Source of the DNA: a virus
Length of the DNA stretch: 64,000 nucleotides
Reading direction: 5' to 3' (one strand)
Virus record (IMG/VR): IMGVR_UViG_3300037418_002133
Location: 32,001 to 96,000 of that record
This document shows, piece by piece, positions 20,623 through 30,045 of the stretch (positions within the stretch are counted from its first letter, which is position 1; each line of letters begins with the position of its first letter). Position numbers and translations under genes: made by a program. The notes beneath the pieces were generated by a model. It did no database searches. It was not told where the DNA came from and worked only from the letters and a program-made list of their open reading frames with translations.

Positions 20623-20928
20623 TCAGTCGACGATCTGCCAATCCTCGGCGAGAAGATCGGTCTGCGACGCGACCCACGGCACAACATCGCCTTGAGCGGT
20701 CTTCATGTCGATGTGACCGTGATACTGGATCTCGGTGCCTTCCGGGTAGATCCCCAGAAGCGGCGGGCGATTCACCTTGAAGGTCGAGCCACGCACCAGA
20801 AACAGGAACATGCCCTTGCCGTTCCAGCCGGCACGGGCGACGCGCGCTCCATCCTTGATCGCAACGAGGGCGCTGGAAAACGAAAAGCCACCCTGTCTGG
20901 TTCGCTGCGTCAAAACTTCTTCGGTCAT
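20623..20928 (-). CDS. DUF2829/Tad2-like protein (candidate anti-Thoeris signal sponge)
   Basis: F..AL..IK.G.RVAR.GWNGKGMF...PW..SQTDLLAEDW signature. Confidence 0.85.
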   Translation of the reverse strand: MTEEVLTQRTRQGGFSFSSALVAIKDGARVARAGWNGKGMFLFLVRGSTFKVNRPPLLGIYPEGTEIQYHGHIDMKTAQGDVVPWVASQTDLLAEDWQIVD

Positions 20929-21560
20929 TCTGTCTTCTCCAGTTCAACTTTCTCGCGGAAACGCTTTGTCACCTTCAATGAGGCGCCGATCTCATCCGCC
21001 AGATCGGTGTGGGTGGTCGCGACGATCAGGGTCTTGCCGAGACGCCGGGCGGTCTTCTGCATCGAATAGGCGACACACTTCGCGGTGACGCGGTCGAGCA
21101 CGGCGCCGAACTCGTCGGCAACCCAGACGTCGGCGCCCTTGTCCATCAGCATTGCCAGCTTCAGCCGGTAGCGCTGTCCGTCGGAGAGTTCATTCGGCTT
21201 GCGGATATAGATCCAGGCGTCGGAAATGCCGGCCTTCGCCAACAGATCGGCCGCTTCGGTCGTGGTGTCACCAACGCACTCGATCACCGGCTTGTCCGGC
21301 GCCTCTAGCGCGTTCAGATCGGCAACCTTGAGACCCTTCTCGATCATCTGGTCGCGCAATTCGCGCAGCAGCAGCGACTTGCCAGACCCGGATTGACCGG
21401 TGATGTAGACCACGTCGCCCTGCCTGACCTCGACTTCGAGATCGTCGTAGATCACGAAACGCTTGTCCGAGAGACCAAGTCCAAAGGCTTCGGCAACTTC
21501 CAGTACGCGCGGCGTGCGGTCGACCGACGAGCTGAAGGACTTGTTGACGAGGTATTTCAT
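20925..21560 (-). CDS. Stand-alone ABC-family ATPase
   Basis: GQSGSGKS, LSDGQRYR, ADEF, TTH; no membrane partner nearby. Confidence 0.9.
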   Translation of the reverse strand: MKYLVNKSFSSSVDRTPRVLEVAEAFGLGLSDKRFVIYDDLEVEVRQGDVVYITGQSGSGKSLLLRELRDQMIEKGLKVADLNALEAPDKPVIECVGDTTTEAADLLAKAGISDAWIYIRKPNELSDGQRYRLKLAMLMDKGADVWVADEFGAVLDRVTAKCVAYSMQKTARRLGKTLIVATTHTDLADEIGASLKVTKRFREKVELEKTE

Positions 21561-21922
21561 GCGCCGGGATCCTCGGGATCGTCATCGACGCTTTCTTCTT
21601 CCTCAATCTCGGCCAGGCGATCGCGATAACCGTCGATTTCTTCGCGAATTTTCATCTTCACCGAGTCGACCGCAAGATTGACCATCGCCAGTTGCTCGAT
21701 GGAGGTATCCATGCGGCTGACCAGCGCGCAGATCGGATTGTTCTGGTGAAGACCGGCAATAACCAGATGCGTCAGATCACCGGTCTTGATGCGCTCAAGG
21801 ATGTCCTCGCACAGCGCCAGTGATGTCTTGTCGACTTTCGGCTTACTTGCTTCGGTCGGATCGGGCGCGACAAACGCCTTGCGGGTAAAGGCGTTGATGA
21901 CCTTTGGGCTGTCGTCGCTCAT
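21557..21922 (-). CDS. Hypothetical protein
   Basis: Translationally coupled ORF in the operon. Confidence 0.6.
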   Translation of the reverse strand: MSDDSPKVINAFTRKAFVAPDPTEASKPKVDKTSLALCEDILERIKTGDLTHLVIAGLHQNNPICALVSRMDTSIEQLAMVNLAVDSVKMKIREEIDGYRDRLAEIEEEESVDDDPEDPGA

Positions 21923-22581
21923 GCTGCCTGCTCCAATACGAACAGCAGCGCGTCAACGCCGGTCTTGTCGACCTTTCCCTCGATAATGGTGAGCAATTCC
22001 CGGATCTTGCGGCTCTGCTCGACGGTAACGCGCTTGAAACCAAGCGCGTCGGAGACTGGCGCCGCGGAGTGATCGACTTCGGCTTCCTTCGCCGAATTCT
22101 CCTCTTTCTGCTTTTCAACCGCCGTGGTGATGTTATCGACGAACATGCCATCGTCGATATCGGCGAAATCCGAGGTCATTCGGGTGATCTCGCTCTCGTC
22201 GAAGCCGATCGTGTCCATGTCGAAGCCGTCCTCGGCCAGTTCGGTGAGGGCCTGCTGAAGCAATTCGGTGTCGTATTCGGTCGAGGCGACCTGATTGTCC
22301 GAGAGCCGCAAGGCGTCCGCCTCGGCTTCGGTGAGATCGTCGCGCACCACGACGGGAATCTGGGTCCAGCCCAGCGACAATGCGGCGAGCCGGCGCCCAT
22401 GACCGGTAATGATGGTGCCGTCGGGGCGAATGTTCAGAGGGTTGGCGACGCCGAATTTCTGGATCGACTTGGCGAGCTTGGCGACGTGAGCGTCCGGGTG
22501 CTTCTTGGCGTTCTTCGGATGCACGACCAACTTGTCGATCGGCCACAACACAACAGGTCGTTTGGAATCAATTGTCGTCAT
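21919..22581 (-). CDS. ParB/Srx N-terminal domain protein
   Basis: NAKKH, SIQKFG, IITGHGRRLAA, LSDN. Confidence 0.88.
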   Translation of the reverse strand: MTTIDSKRPVVLWPIDKLVVHPKNAKKHPDAHVAKLAKSIQKFGVANPLNIRPDGTIITGHGRRLAALSLGWTQIPVVVRDDLTEAEADALRLSDNQVASTEYDTELLQQALTELAEDGFDMDTIGFDESEITRMTSDFADIDDGMFVDNITTAVEKQKEENSAKEAEVDHSAAPVSDALGFKRVTVEQSRKIRELLTIIEGKVDKTGVDALLFVLEQAA

Positions 22582-22753
22582 CGTCGTTCATTCCTGAATA
22601 AATCGCCATCAATTCGTCGTCGTTGAGTTCGCGATCCTTGAATTTCTGCTCGAAAAACTCGCCAGCGCCGCAGTTTAGGCATCGCCGGGTAATTCGCGTT
22701 TCGCTGAAAAACTTGCAGTCCCGGCATTCCGGATGGCGAGGCTTGACGTACAT
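22568..22753 (-). CDS. Small Cys-rich (CxxC..CxxC) protein
   Basis: CRDC and CLNC; coupled to neighbours. Confidence 0.55.
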   Translation of the reverse strand: MYVKPRHPECRDCKFFSETRITRRCLNCGAGEFFEQKFKDRELNDDELMAIYSGMNDDDDN

Positions 22754-23404
22754 TCAGTCCTCAACGGCTCCGAAAAGCTGATGCACGAGGGCATCGCCGG
22801 CGTTCGTGAGGTCATCCGATGCGTTGAAATTCTGGCGCTTTCGGATCTTGCTGATCAGTTCGGTGATCTTCTCGGCATCGCCGAGTGTCACCTTGAAGCG
22901 CATGATGGTGTGGGTCTTCGGTGCGCGCTCGGGTTTGGGTTCGTCCGGCGCGGGCGCCTCGTCATATCCCGTCAGATCGTCGAGTTCATCGAGCGCTATA
23001 CTAACGGAATTGAAGATATTGTTGATATCGGTCTCAGTGAACGGCAGGAATTCCTTAACATTCGCGCCCTCTTCCATACTCTCCAGCATTTCAGCGAGGC
23101 GAATGGTGTCGTCGGCGCCGTAACGGGCGTTATCAGCGAGCGAAATCTTCTTCGCCTTGTCGTCGTTGATGTCGCCGAGATTGAAGATTGGAACCTGTTT
23201 CAGTCCCGCCGCCTTCGCGGCTTGCCAGCGATGTTCGCCGCCGATGATCTCGTAGGGATGATCCTCATCGTTAGTTTCGCGCACCACGATCGGCTTGAAC
23301 AAGCCAAGCCGGCGGATCGATTCCGCCAGTTTCTCCTCGTTTTCCGGAGAGACGATGTTGATGTTGAAGCTGTTCGGCCGAAGCAGGTCGATATCGACCA
23401 TCAT
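22754..23404 (-). CDS. ParB/Srx N-terminal domain protein
   Basis: PNSFN.N, SIRRLG.FKPIVVR, GGEHRWQAA; start approximate. Confidence 0.88.
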   Translation of the reverse strand: MMVDIDLLRPNSFNINIVSPENEEKLAESIRRLGLFKPIVVRETNDEDHPYEIIGGEHRWQAAKAAGLKQVPIFNLGDINDDKAKKISLADNARYGADDTIRLAEMLESMEEGANVKEFLPFTETDINNIFNSVSIALDELDDLTGYDEAPAPDEPKPERAPKTHTIMRFKVTLGDAEKITELISKIRKRQNFNASDDLTNAGDALVHQLFGAVED

Positions 23405-23486
23405 TTGAACTGGCACCGAAGCGAAAACCTTATATAAGTCAGAACTGACTTTTACATAACCACGAAGATTGGTCCTTTGCAAGCCC

Positions 23487-25079
23487 ATGCCTGAAACCAT
23501 TACCATTGCCAGCAATGCCGTCATCGCCAAGATCATCAACGCCACCAATCCGGTCAAGGATCTGGTGTCGCAATGTCTGAGCTATGTCGTTGAGGGCGCT
23601 GAATTTATGTCGGCGTTCGCAACGTCCGGCTGGGATGGGCGTTCGAGCTTCTTTGCACGGCGCACCTGTACGTTCCCGGCAGGCTTCGTGCATATGGTGC
23701 ATGGCGAACTCAAACGCGCCGGCTACGAGGTTCGCATCGTCAAGCGCCCCAATCCTTTGCCGCTCGGTCCGGAAAATCCGATCGTCGACGAGTTCGGCAA
23801 TGACGATCCCCGCTACGACTTTCAGCCTCGAACGCTGCGCCAGATCGAAAAACACGGGCGCGGCATCGTTCAGGTCGCAACGGGCGGCGGAAAAAGCAAG
23901 ATCGCCAAGCTGATCGCCATGCGTTACGGGCGCCCGACGCTGTTTCTGACCACGCGCGGCGTGCTGATGTACCAGATGAAGGACGCCTTCGAGCAGGATT
24001 GCAAGGTTCGCACCGGTGTCATTGGTGATGGTCACTGGGCGCCGACCAAAGGGTTCAACGTCGGCATGGTGCAGACCCTGGTGTCGCAGCTCGCCGAACC
24101 GGATCTCAACGCGGAGATTCGTGAAGTTCTGCGCCAGAACACCGAGAAGGGCGAGGGTCGAACCAAGGCGCAATGCACGGAACTGGGCAATCAGCGGTTC
24201 ACGCTCAAGACCAAGATTCGCGCCCGTGTCATCAAGTTCCTCGAAATGATGGAAGTGGTGATCGGCGAGGAAGCGCATGAAGCCGGCGGAAACTCCTATT
24301 ACGAGATCCTGAAATACTGCAAAAACGCCAATATCCGGGTTGCCCTGACCGCGACGCCGTTCATGCGCGAGAACATGCTCGACAATATGCGGCTGATGGC
24401 TGCATTCGGGCCGATTTTGATCAAGGTGTCGGAAAAGACGCTGATCGATCGCGGCATTCTGGCAAAGCCCTACTTCATGTATCGCTCGCCGGCGCCGCAT
24501 CCGAAGCTGCGCAAGACCTCGCCCTGGCAACGCGCCTACGAACTGGGTGTGGTCGAAGGGCCGCATCGCAATGCCGATATTGCCGCACTAGCCAAGACCG
24601 CGGCCAATCATGGTCTGTCGGTGCTTATTCTGGTTCAGCGCAAAAAGCACGGCCCCTTTCTGAAGAAGCTGCTGGAATCTCAAGGTTTGCGGGTCAAGCA
24701 AATTCAGGGCGAGAACGACCAGAACGAGCGCAAAAAGGCGCTGAACGATCTCGCGGCCGGACGCATCGACGTTCTGATCGGATCCACCATCGTCGATGTC
24801 GGCGTCGACGTGCCCTCGATCGGCATGGTCATTCTTGCTGGCGCCGGCAAGGCAGAGGTGGCGCTGCGTCAGCGCATCGGCCGCGGAATGCGCGCCAAGA
24901 AGGTTGGCCCGAACGTGGTGTTCATCGTCGATTTTACCGACGAATTGAACAAGCACCTGCGCGAGCACGCGAAACAACGCCGCGCCATCGTCGAAACAAC
25001 CGACGGCTTTGTGCAGGGCATTCTGCCAAAGGGCCAGGATTTTCCCTGGCACCTGTTCGCGAAAAAGAAAGCAGCGTGA
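23487..25079 (+). CDS. Superfamily 2 DNA helicase
   Basis: ATGGGKS, EEAH, LTATP, GVDVP, QRIGRGMR. Confidence 0.92.
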   Translation: MPETITIASNAVIAKIINATNPVKDLVSQCLSYVVEGAEFMSAFATSGWDGRSSFFARRTCTFPAGFVHMVHGELKRAGYEVRIVKRPNPLPLGPENPIVDEFGNDDPRYDFQPRTLRQIEKHGRGIVQVATGGGKSKIAKLIAMRYGRPTLFLTTRGVLMYQMKDAFEQDCKVRTGVIGDGHWAPTKGFNVGMVQTLVSQLAEPDLNAEIREVLRQNTEKGEGRTKAQCTELGNQRFTLKTKIRARVIKFLEMMEVVIGEEAHEAGGNSYYEILKYCKNANIRVALTATPFMRENMLDNMRLMAAFGPILIKVSEKTLIDRGILAKPYFMYRSPAPHPKLRKTSPWQRAYELGVVEGPHRNADIAALAKTAANHGLSVLILVQRKKHGPFLKKLLESQGLRVKQIQGENDQNERKKALNDLAAGRIDVLIGSTIVDVGVDVPSIGMVILAGAGKAEVALRQRIGRGMRAKKVGPNVVFIVDFTDELNKHLREHAKQRRAIVETTDGFVQGILPKGQDFPWHLFAKKKAA

Positions 25080-25339
25080 GAGCGCTATATTCTGATCATG
25101 CGCAGATTAGTCGACCCCATTCACCTGTTTGACGCCAAGGCGCGGCCACTCTCTTCCTACGATGCCATGGAAAAGCGGATAGCGATGCTGGAACGCCAGC
25201 TCGCGCGCGTGTTGCGGCTGCTTCGCGGTCAGCGACTGCGAGACGGACCCTCCCCGCCCGACGACAAACCGATCATTCATTAGCTCGCTCAACGACCTGA
25301 GCGGGCACAGTCACGCCTTATAAAGAAAGTCAGAACTGA

Positions 25340-25951
25340 ATGACAAACCCCGACAGTCTTCCCCGCTACATCGGCATTTGCGGCAATCCGAAGTCCGGTA
25401 AGTCGCTGGTTCAGCAGATTCTGATGGAACATTACAACGTCACGCCGGTCGATGACGGTTTCATCCTACGTTCGATCGCCATGCAGCATATGGGCGCCAG
25501 TCACAACGACGTTCACACCCAAGAAGGCAAGGCGCAGTTGGCCTATTGGCCCGACAAGACGCCGATCCTTGATGATCGCACCGGCGAGCATATGACCTGG
25601 CGTCTCGTGCTCGGTCGCGTTGGTGAACAGCTTGAACGTCTGATCGGCCCCTATGTAATGCCGATGACCGCGTGCGCGGCGTTGAGCGGCCCAGGCCCCT
25701 TCTCGTTCGGCTCGGTGCGCAAGGTGCAGGGCCGCTACTTCAAGGAGCGCGGCGGACTGATCATCGGCGTGCGCAACCCGATGGCGCAGCCGACCGGCAA
25801 TGCTTTCGACGTGTTCGACGAGAGCCTGGTCGACGTCTGGATCGAGAACGACGCGCTCTACCGCGGACTGAGCCATCGCGAGGCATTGGCGGATCTGGAA
25901 ACCAAGGTTGATCAGCTTGTTGCTGACTGCTCTTGGGCGCGAGCCGCCTGA
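25340..25951 (+). CDS. Deoxynucleoside monophosphate kinase-like P-loop protein
   Basis: IGICGNPKSGKS; TWR..L...G; IENDA. Confidence 0.65.
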   Translation: MTNPDSLPRYIGICGNPKSGKSLVQQILMEHYNVTPVDDGFILRSIAMQHMGASHNDVHTQEGKAQLAYWPDKTPILDDRTGEHMTWRLVLGRVGEQLERLIGPYVMPMTACAALSGPGPFSFGSVRKVQGRYFKERGGLIIGVRNPMAQPTGNAFDVFDESLVDVWIENDALYRGLSHREALADLETKVDQLVADCSWARAA

Positions 25952-26769
25952 TGGACAAGAAATCCGACCTTCTTCAGGTGATCTACGACAATCAGCATGT
26001 CGGCTGGTTGAGCGATCATTACGGCGCCGGCATCATGAAGCGGAATCCGCGATTCATTCGGGTCATCAGAGACACGCTGGAGAGCACTCTGGACGTTGAA
26101 TCGGTCAAGTCGGAGACTGTCGATCTTCCTCTGATCGTGCGCAAATTTCGGATCGACGAGGCTGAACTTGTCTCTCGGAAATTCGATCGGCCTCTGATCG
26201 ATGTGCCGCCTTATGCCGTCGAAAATCGCTCTCCTCTCGATTGTAGCGTCACCTATCACTGGATCGCCGCGCTGATCACTCTCGATCAGTACGAATGGCT
26301 GTTCGATCGGGAAACCTTCATTCCGACCGACACCATGCCGGCTCTCGAAGAGATCAAGTCTTTTTCGGGAATGAAGCCGACGCGCGTGTGGCTTGATGAA
26401 TATTTTGAATCGCCCGTGCCGATGTTCGACTCGGCAGAAGAAGCGCACGCCTACGACCCGCTTGATGCGATTTTGCCCAAGAAGATGCCGTCCTTCCACA
26501 TCAAGGCGGAAGACATCGTCGCCGGCACGGTCACATCAACCAAGCTCACGTCGGGGCCGAGGCTCGCCGACTATGTCGAGACGCCGCGCAAATACGGCAA
26601 ATCCATCATGTTGGAAAAGGCAAAATCGGAGATCATCGCGAAGCTGGAAGCTGATTTCGCCAAGTCAATGACAGTTGGTCTTTCTGAACCAGAATATTCT
26701 AGGTCGGGTGTTCTAACCGCTGAGAAGGTCCGCGAGGTCATGATGAAGCTGGAGTCGATGAAGCGATGA
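25951..26769 (+). CDS. Hypothetical protein
   Basis: Long ORF coupled to neighbours. Confidence 0.55.
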   Translation: MDKKSDLLQVIYDNQHVGWLSDHYGAGIMKRNPRFIRVIRDTLESTLDVESVKSETVDLPLIVRKFRIDEAELVSRKFDRPLIDVPPYAVENRSPLDCSVTYHWIAALITLDQYEWLFDRETFIPTDTMPALEEIKSFSGMKPTRVWLDEYFESPVPMFDSAEEAHAYDPLDAILPKKMPSFHIKAEDIVAGTVTSTKLTSGPRLADYVETPRKYGKSIMLEKAKSEIIAKLEADFAKSMTVGLSEPEYSRSGVLTAEKVREVMMKLESMKR

Positions 26770-27218
26770 GCGTCGAAAAGGAATATTTCAAAACCTCGAC
26801 GATATCGAACGACTTCTTTCGTTTAATTGCTGGTACGCAGTTGGGCGCAGGCTGCTTTCGCGAAGTTTATCGGTGCAGCATCGATCCTACGATGGTTATC
26901 AAATTCGAGGTCGGCTCCGGCGACTTCAACAATGTTGCCGAGTGGGATATCTGGAGCAATCTGAAGGATCACCCCAAGCTCGGTAAATGGCTGGCGCCGT
27001 GTATTGCCATTTCGCCATGCGGGTCGATTCTGCTTCAGCGCTATGCCGGGCCTCTGCCGGACAACAAGCTGCCCAAGAAAGTTCCGGCATTCTTCACCGA
27101 CATCAAGTCCGACAACTGGGGCCTGATCAACGGTCGGCCGGTCTGTCGCGACTACGGCCATCATCGCCTTTATACCGTCGGACCCTCCGCCAGGCTGATC
27201 AAGGCCAATTGGCGCTAA
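26766..27218 (+). CDS. Minimal Ser/Thr protein kinase-like protein
   Basis: LGAGCFREVY Gly loop, VIK, N..E, DIKSDNWG, DYG. Confidence 0.75.
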   Translation: MSVEKEYFKTSTISNDFFRLIAGTQLGAGCFREVYRCSIDPTMVIKFEVGSGDFNNVAEWDIWSNLKDHPKLGKWLAPCIAISPCGSILLQRYAGPLPDNKLPKKVPAFFTDIKSDNWGLINGRPVCRDYGHHRLYTVGPSARLIKANWR

Positions 27219-27295
27219 TTTAGGCTTTTCCGAATCAACACCGTGCTTTATGGAACTCTCTTTAGCGATTTAGCGAAATCGTTAAGGGGAAATTC

Positions 27296-27931
27296 GTGAT
27301 AGCAATCGCCTGTCTGTCGCAGAAAGGCGGGGTCGGTAAATCGACCCTCGCCCGGCTCATCGCCAAGACCTATGCCTCGGGGCAATGGCGGGTCAAAATC
27401 GGCGATTTTAACGTCAAACAGAAAACCTCGGTCGATTGGGCGGCAATCCGGCTCAGTCAGAACGTCGAGCCCGAGATCCAGGCCGAAGCCTTCAACGACG
27501 TCACCAAGGCCATGCGTGACGACTTCGACCTGATGGTGTTCGACGGCAAGCCCGATTCAGACACCCAGACCATCCGGCTTGCCCAGGAAAGCGTCCTTAC
27601 GGTCATTCCAACCGGGGTCTCCTCGGACGACCTGGTGCCACAGGTGCGGTTCGCTCAGGAGCTGAAGATCCGCGGCATCGACAGCCGCAAGATCATCTTC
27701 GTCCTCAACAAGACCACAGACTCGCTCGCAGCCATCATGGATGCGCGCAACTTCCTCAAGACGGCCGGCTTTACAGTGGCGAAAAGCTGGCTCCCGATGA
27801 AAACCGCCTACATCAACGCCCACAATTCCGGTCGAACGTTGTCGGAGACTGACTTTCCGACCCTCAACGATCGTGCCGAAGCTCTTGCACAGGAGATCAT
27901 CGACCATGTCACCAGCCTCGAACGGGCCTGA
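27296..27931 (+). CDS. parA: ParA partition ATPase (short type Ib/ParF-like)
   Basis: QKGGVGKST deviant Walker A; 211 aa without N-terminal HTH. Confidence 0.92.
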   Translation: MIAIACLSQKGGVGKSTLARLIAKTYASGQWRVKIGDFNVKQKTSVDWAAIRLSQNVEPEIQAEAFNDVTKAMRDDFDLMVFDGKPDSDTQTIRLAQESVLTVIPTGVSSDDLVPQVRFAQELKIRGIDSRKIIFVLNKTTDSLAAIMDARNFLKTAGFTVAKSWLPMKTAYINAHNSGRTLSETDFPTLNDRAEALAQEIIDHVTSLERA

Positions 27932-28205
27932 AACCAAGGGCGTCAAAGTCCCCTCGCCTCCCCAGCGTCGCGGCATCATCGCCCAAGTCCCAACACCCGT
28001 CGCGGCGCCGGACAACCTGTCCAAGCCCAACTCCGGACTACAGGATATGAATTTCAAGATGTCGCCTGAATTTCATCGCGCCTTCAAAATCACCGCCTCG
28101 ATCCGCGGCATGGCGATGAAGGATTTGCTTGAAGCCTCGTTCCGATGCTGGGTAGAACATTACGGCGACGATCAAGCCAAAGCTCTCCTTCCTCCGAAAG
28201 AATGA
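27906..28205 (+). CDS. ParG-like ribbon-helix-helix centromere-binding protein
   Basis: Disordered N-terminus + MNFKMSPEFHRAFK...GMAMKDLL RHH pattern directly after parA; start uncertain. Confidence 0.75.
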   Translation: MSPASNGPETKGVKVPSPPQRRGIIAQVPTPVAAPDNLSKPNSGLQDMNFKMSPEFHRAFKITASIRGMAMKDLLEASFRCWVEHYGDDQAKALLPPKE

Positions 28206-28206
28206 C

Positions 28207-28437
28207 ATGCGTTCACTGATTTTGCTGTCCACGCTTCTGCTCGCCGGCTGCGGAGGTGGCTGGAATAGACTCGACCCGCCCCTGATTGATATGTCCGGCG
28301 TCGATCGCGCCAAGTACGACCAGGATCTCGCCTATTGCACCAAGCTCAAGGCGGAATCGACCTTCGTGGGCAATGCGCAGTTGATTAGCCGCTGCATGAC
28401 TGAACGCGGCTACCGGGTCACCAGCGCCAGAACGTAA
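28207..28437 (+). CDS. Small lipoprotein
   Basis: Signal peptide with LAGC lipobox. Confidence 0.7.
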   Translation: MRSLILLSTLLLAGCGGGWNRLDPPLIDMSGVDRAKYDQDLAYCTKLKAESTFVGNAQLISRCMTERGYRVTSART

Positions 28438-28455
28438 ATCGATTTGAGGTTCACG

Positions 28456-28671
28456 ATGTCACTTCACGACGATCTCTTGCGAATGGCGCGTCTGGTTCAA
28501 AAGGACGAAGCGCGCATCGGCGTCTACTCTACCGGTGAGGTCATTGCTGTCGCGCTCATTCTCAATCGACCGGATCTGCTTCCACCCAGATACAGCAAGA
28601 TCCTCGAAGCGGTTGATCGGCTTGGCGAAGAGTGGTTCCAGGTCGCCATCCAGGTGCAGCGCGAACTCTAG
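28456..28671 (+). CDS. Hypothetical protein
   Basis: GAGG RBS; 71 aa ORF. Confidence 0.55.
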   Translation: MSLHDDLLRMARLVQKDEARIGVYSTGEVIAVALILNRPDLLPPRYSKILEAVDRLGEEWFQVAIQVQREL

Positions 28672-29084
28672 CCTGCGACAAGGTTAGGGCAATATTCCTA
28701 TTGGTGCGGGGATCCGGATGATGTATCCGGGAGTTGGCATGGGTCAATTCTTGTGACAAGGTTAGGACGGAAAAGCTGTCGAGGGGCCAGAAGGCAATGC
28801 CTTCGCTGCATCGCACAAAAACCTAAGACATCGCATCTGTTGCAATTATGCAACACACGACGCGTCCCGCGAAACGCGTGACATTTCCGCAACACAGCGT
28901 TTCTTGCGATTCTGTGTTTGTGCAGCGCACAATAAAATAAACACGATTTCGCATTGCAACATGCTATGCGCAAAATGCATAACACGATTTAGTTAAGTAG
29001 TGATAATTATGTCACACGTGCTGCTGCAACAAATCTGTAGCATGATCAAGTCACGAATTGTTACACTCTGTAACATCATGTGAT

Positions 29085-29113
29085 TTGTTCGCGTTGCTGT
29101 AACACGTTATAAC
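29085..29113 (+). promoter_or_regulatory. Putative sigma70 promoter of the GG/CC-free cassette
   Basis: TTGTTC-17 bp-TATAAC about 50 bp upstream of ATG 29161. Confidence 0.4.
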
Positions 29114-29160
29114 TTAGTCACGTTAGCAATGACGCTAACACTACAGAGTGAGAAACGACG

Positions 29161-29778
29161 ATGACGAAAGTTAATGACAAGATCGCGAACTACGTTGCAG
29201 AACTCAACAGCGCGCTTGACGCTCGCGCTTCGTATGAACACGACAAGAGCGCTGCGAACGACTCGATTCAGACGTGCATCGCAGCGCTTCGTAAGAGCGT
29301 CACACACGTCGATATTGCGAGCGTGCTACTCTCATGCGACGTCGATTCAAACTTCATCAATCGCAGCGAGCGTTCGAATAATCGTTATAACGTCTACGCT
29401 GCACAGAAAGTCGACAACGTCGCGCGCGCTGTCAAAAGCGTTGCAGAACTGAATCACTATTCGCTTGCGATCTTGCGCGTTGCGCTCGCTGTCGAAAAGA
29501 TCGACTCTAAGCTGTCGCACAAAGACGCTGTAGCAGCGTGCAGCGCGTCTGTGAAGCACAGCGACGCGAAGCGCGAATCAATCATCAAGTCGCTACGCTA
29601 CGCAAAGCACGTCGCTGCAAATACAGCGTCAACGCAATCGTCGTCGTCGATTAACGCGCTTCAAACGTGTCACATTCTGAGCGAAGCGCGCGATGCTGCG
29701 AACAACATCGTCTACAGCGTCAATCGCGAGAGCGAAGCGTTCAAGACGCTCGCGAAGAGATACGAACTCGCGATCTGA
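29161..29778 (+). CDS. Gly/Pro/Trp-free protein, paralogue of 32079-32888 (putative DNA-binding)
   Basis: Aligns by eye with the 32079 product (FINRS..RYNVYA; TASTQSSS..ALQT); gene has no GG or CC. Confidence 0.8.
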   Translation: MTKVNDKIANYVAELNSALDARASYEHDKSAANDSIQTCIAALRKSVTHVDIASVLLSCDVDSNFINRSERSNNRYNVYAAQKVDNVARAVKSVAELNHYSLAILRVALAVEKIDSKLSHKDAVAACSASVKHSDAKRESIIKSLRYAKHVAANTASTQSSSSINALQTCHILSEARDAANNIVYSVNRESEAFKTLAKRYELAI

Positions 29779-29859
29779 CAACGCAATGCAGAGTGACGCT
29801 TCACAGCGTCACTCTGTAACATCACTTAATCAAGTCACCGCAAACACAGAGCTAGAACA

Positions 29860-30045
29860 ATGCAGCATGAGAAACGACTAATGAAGCAACGCGAATCAGC
29901 GCGCGTCGAAAAGTACAAGCGCGCGTTTGACTGCGACTCTGTTGACGCTGATTATCTATTCGACGACGTCGCACGCGACTGTGACGCGACGTTAGCAGCG
30001 ATCGAACTGCGAGAATCGATCACGCGCTACGCGATAGCGCACTAG
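29860..30045 (+). CDS. Small Gly/Pro/Trp-free hypothetical protein
   Basis: 61 aa ORF within the island, followed by a hairpin. Confidence 0.5.
   Translation: MQHEKRLMKQRESARVEKYKRAFDCDSVDADYLFDDVARDCDATLAAIELRESITRYAIAH

Noticed and set aside
20925-21560. ABC transporter
   Set aside because: No permease or substrate-binding gene nearby
21919-23404. ParB-domain genes as the partition partner of parA
   Set aside because: parA has its own adjacent RHH gene; these lie in a separate operon leading to terminase
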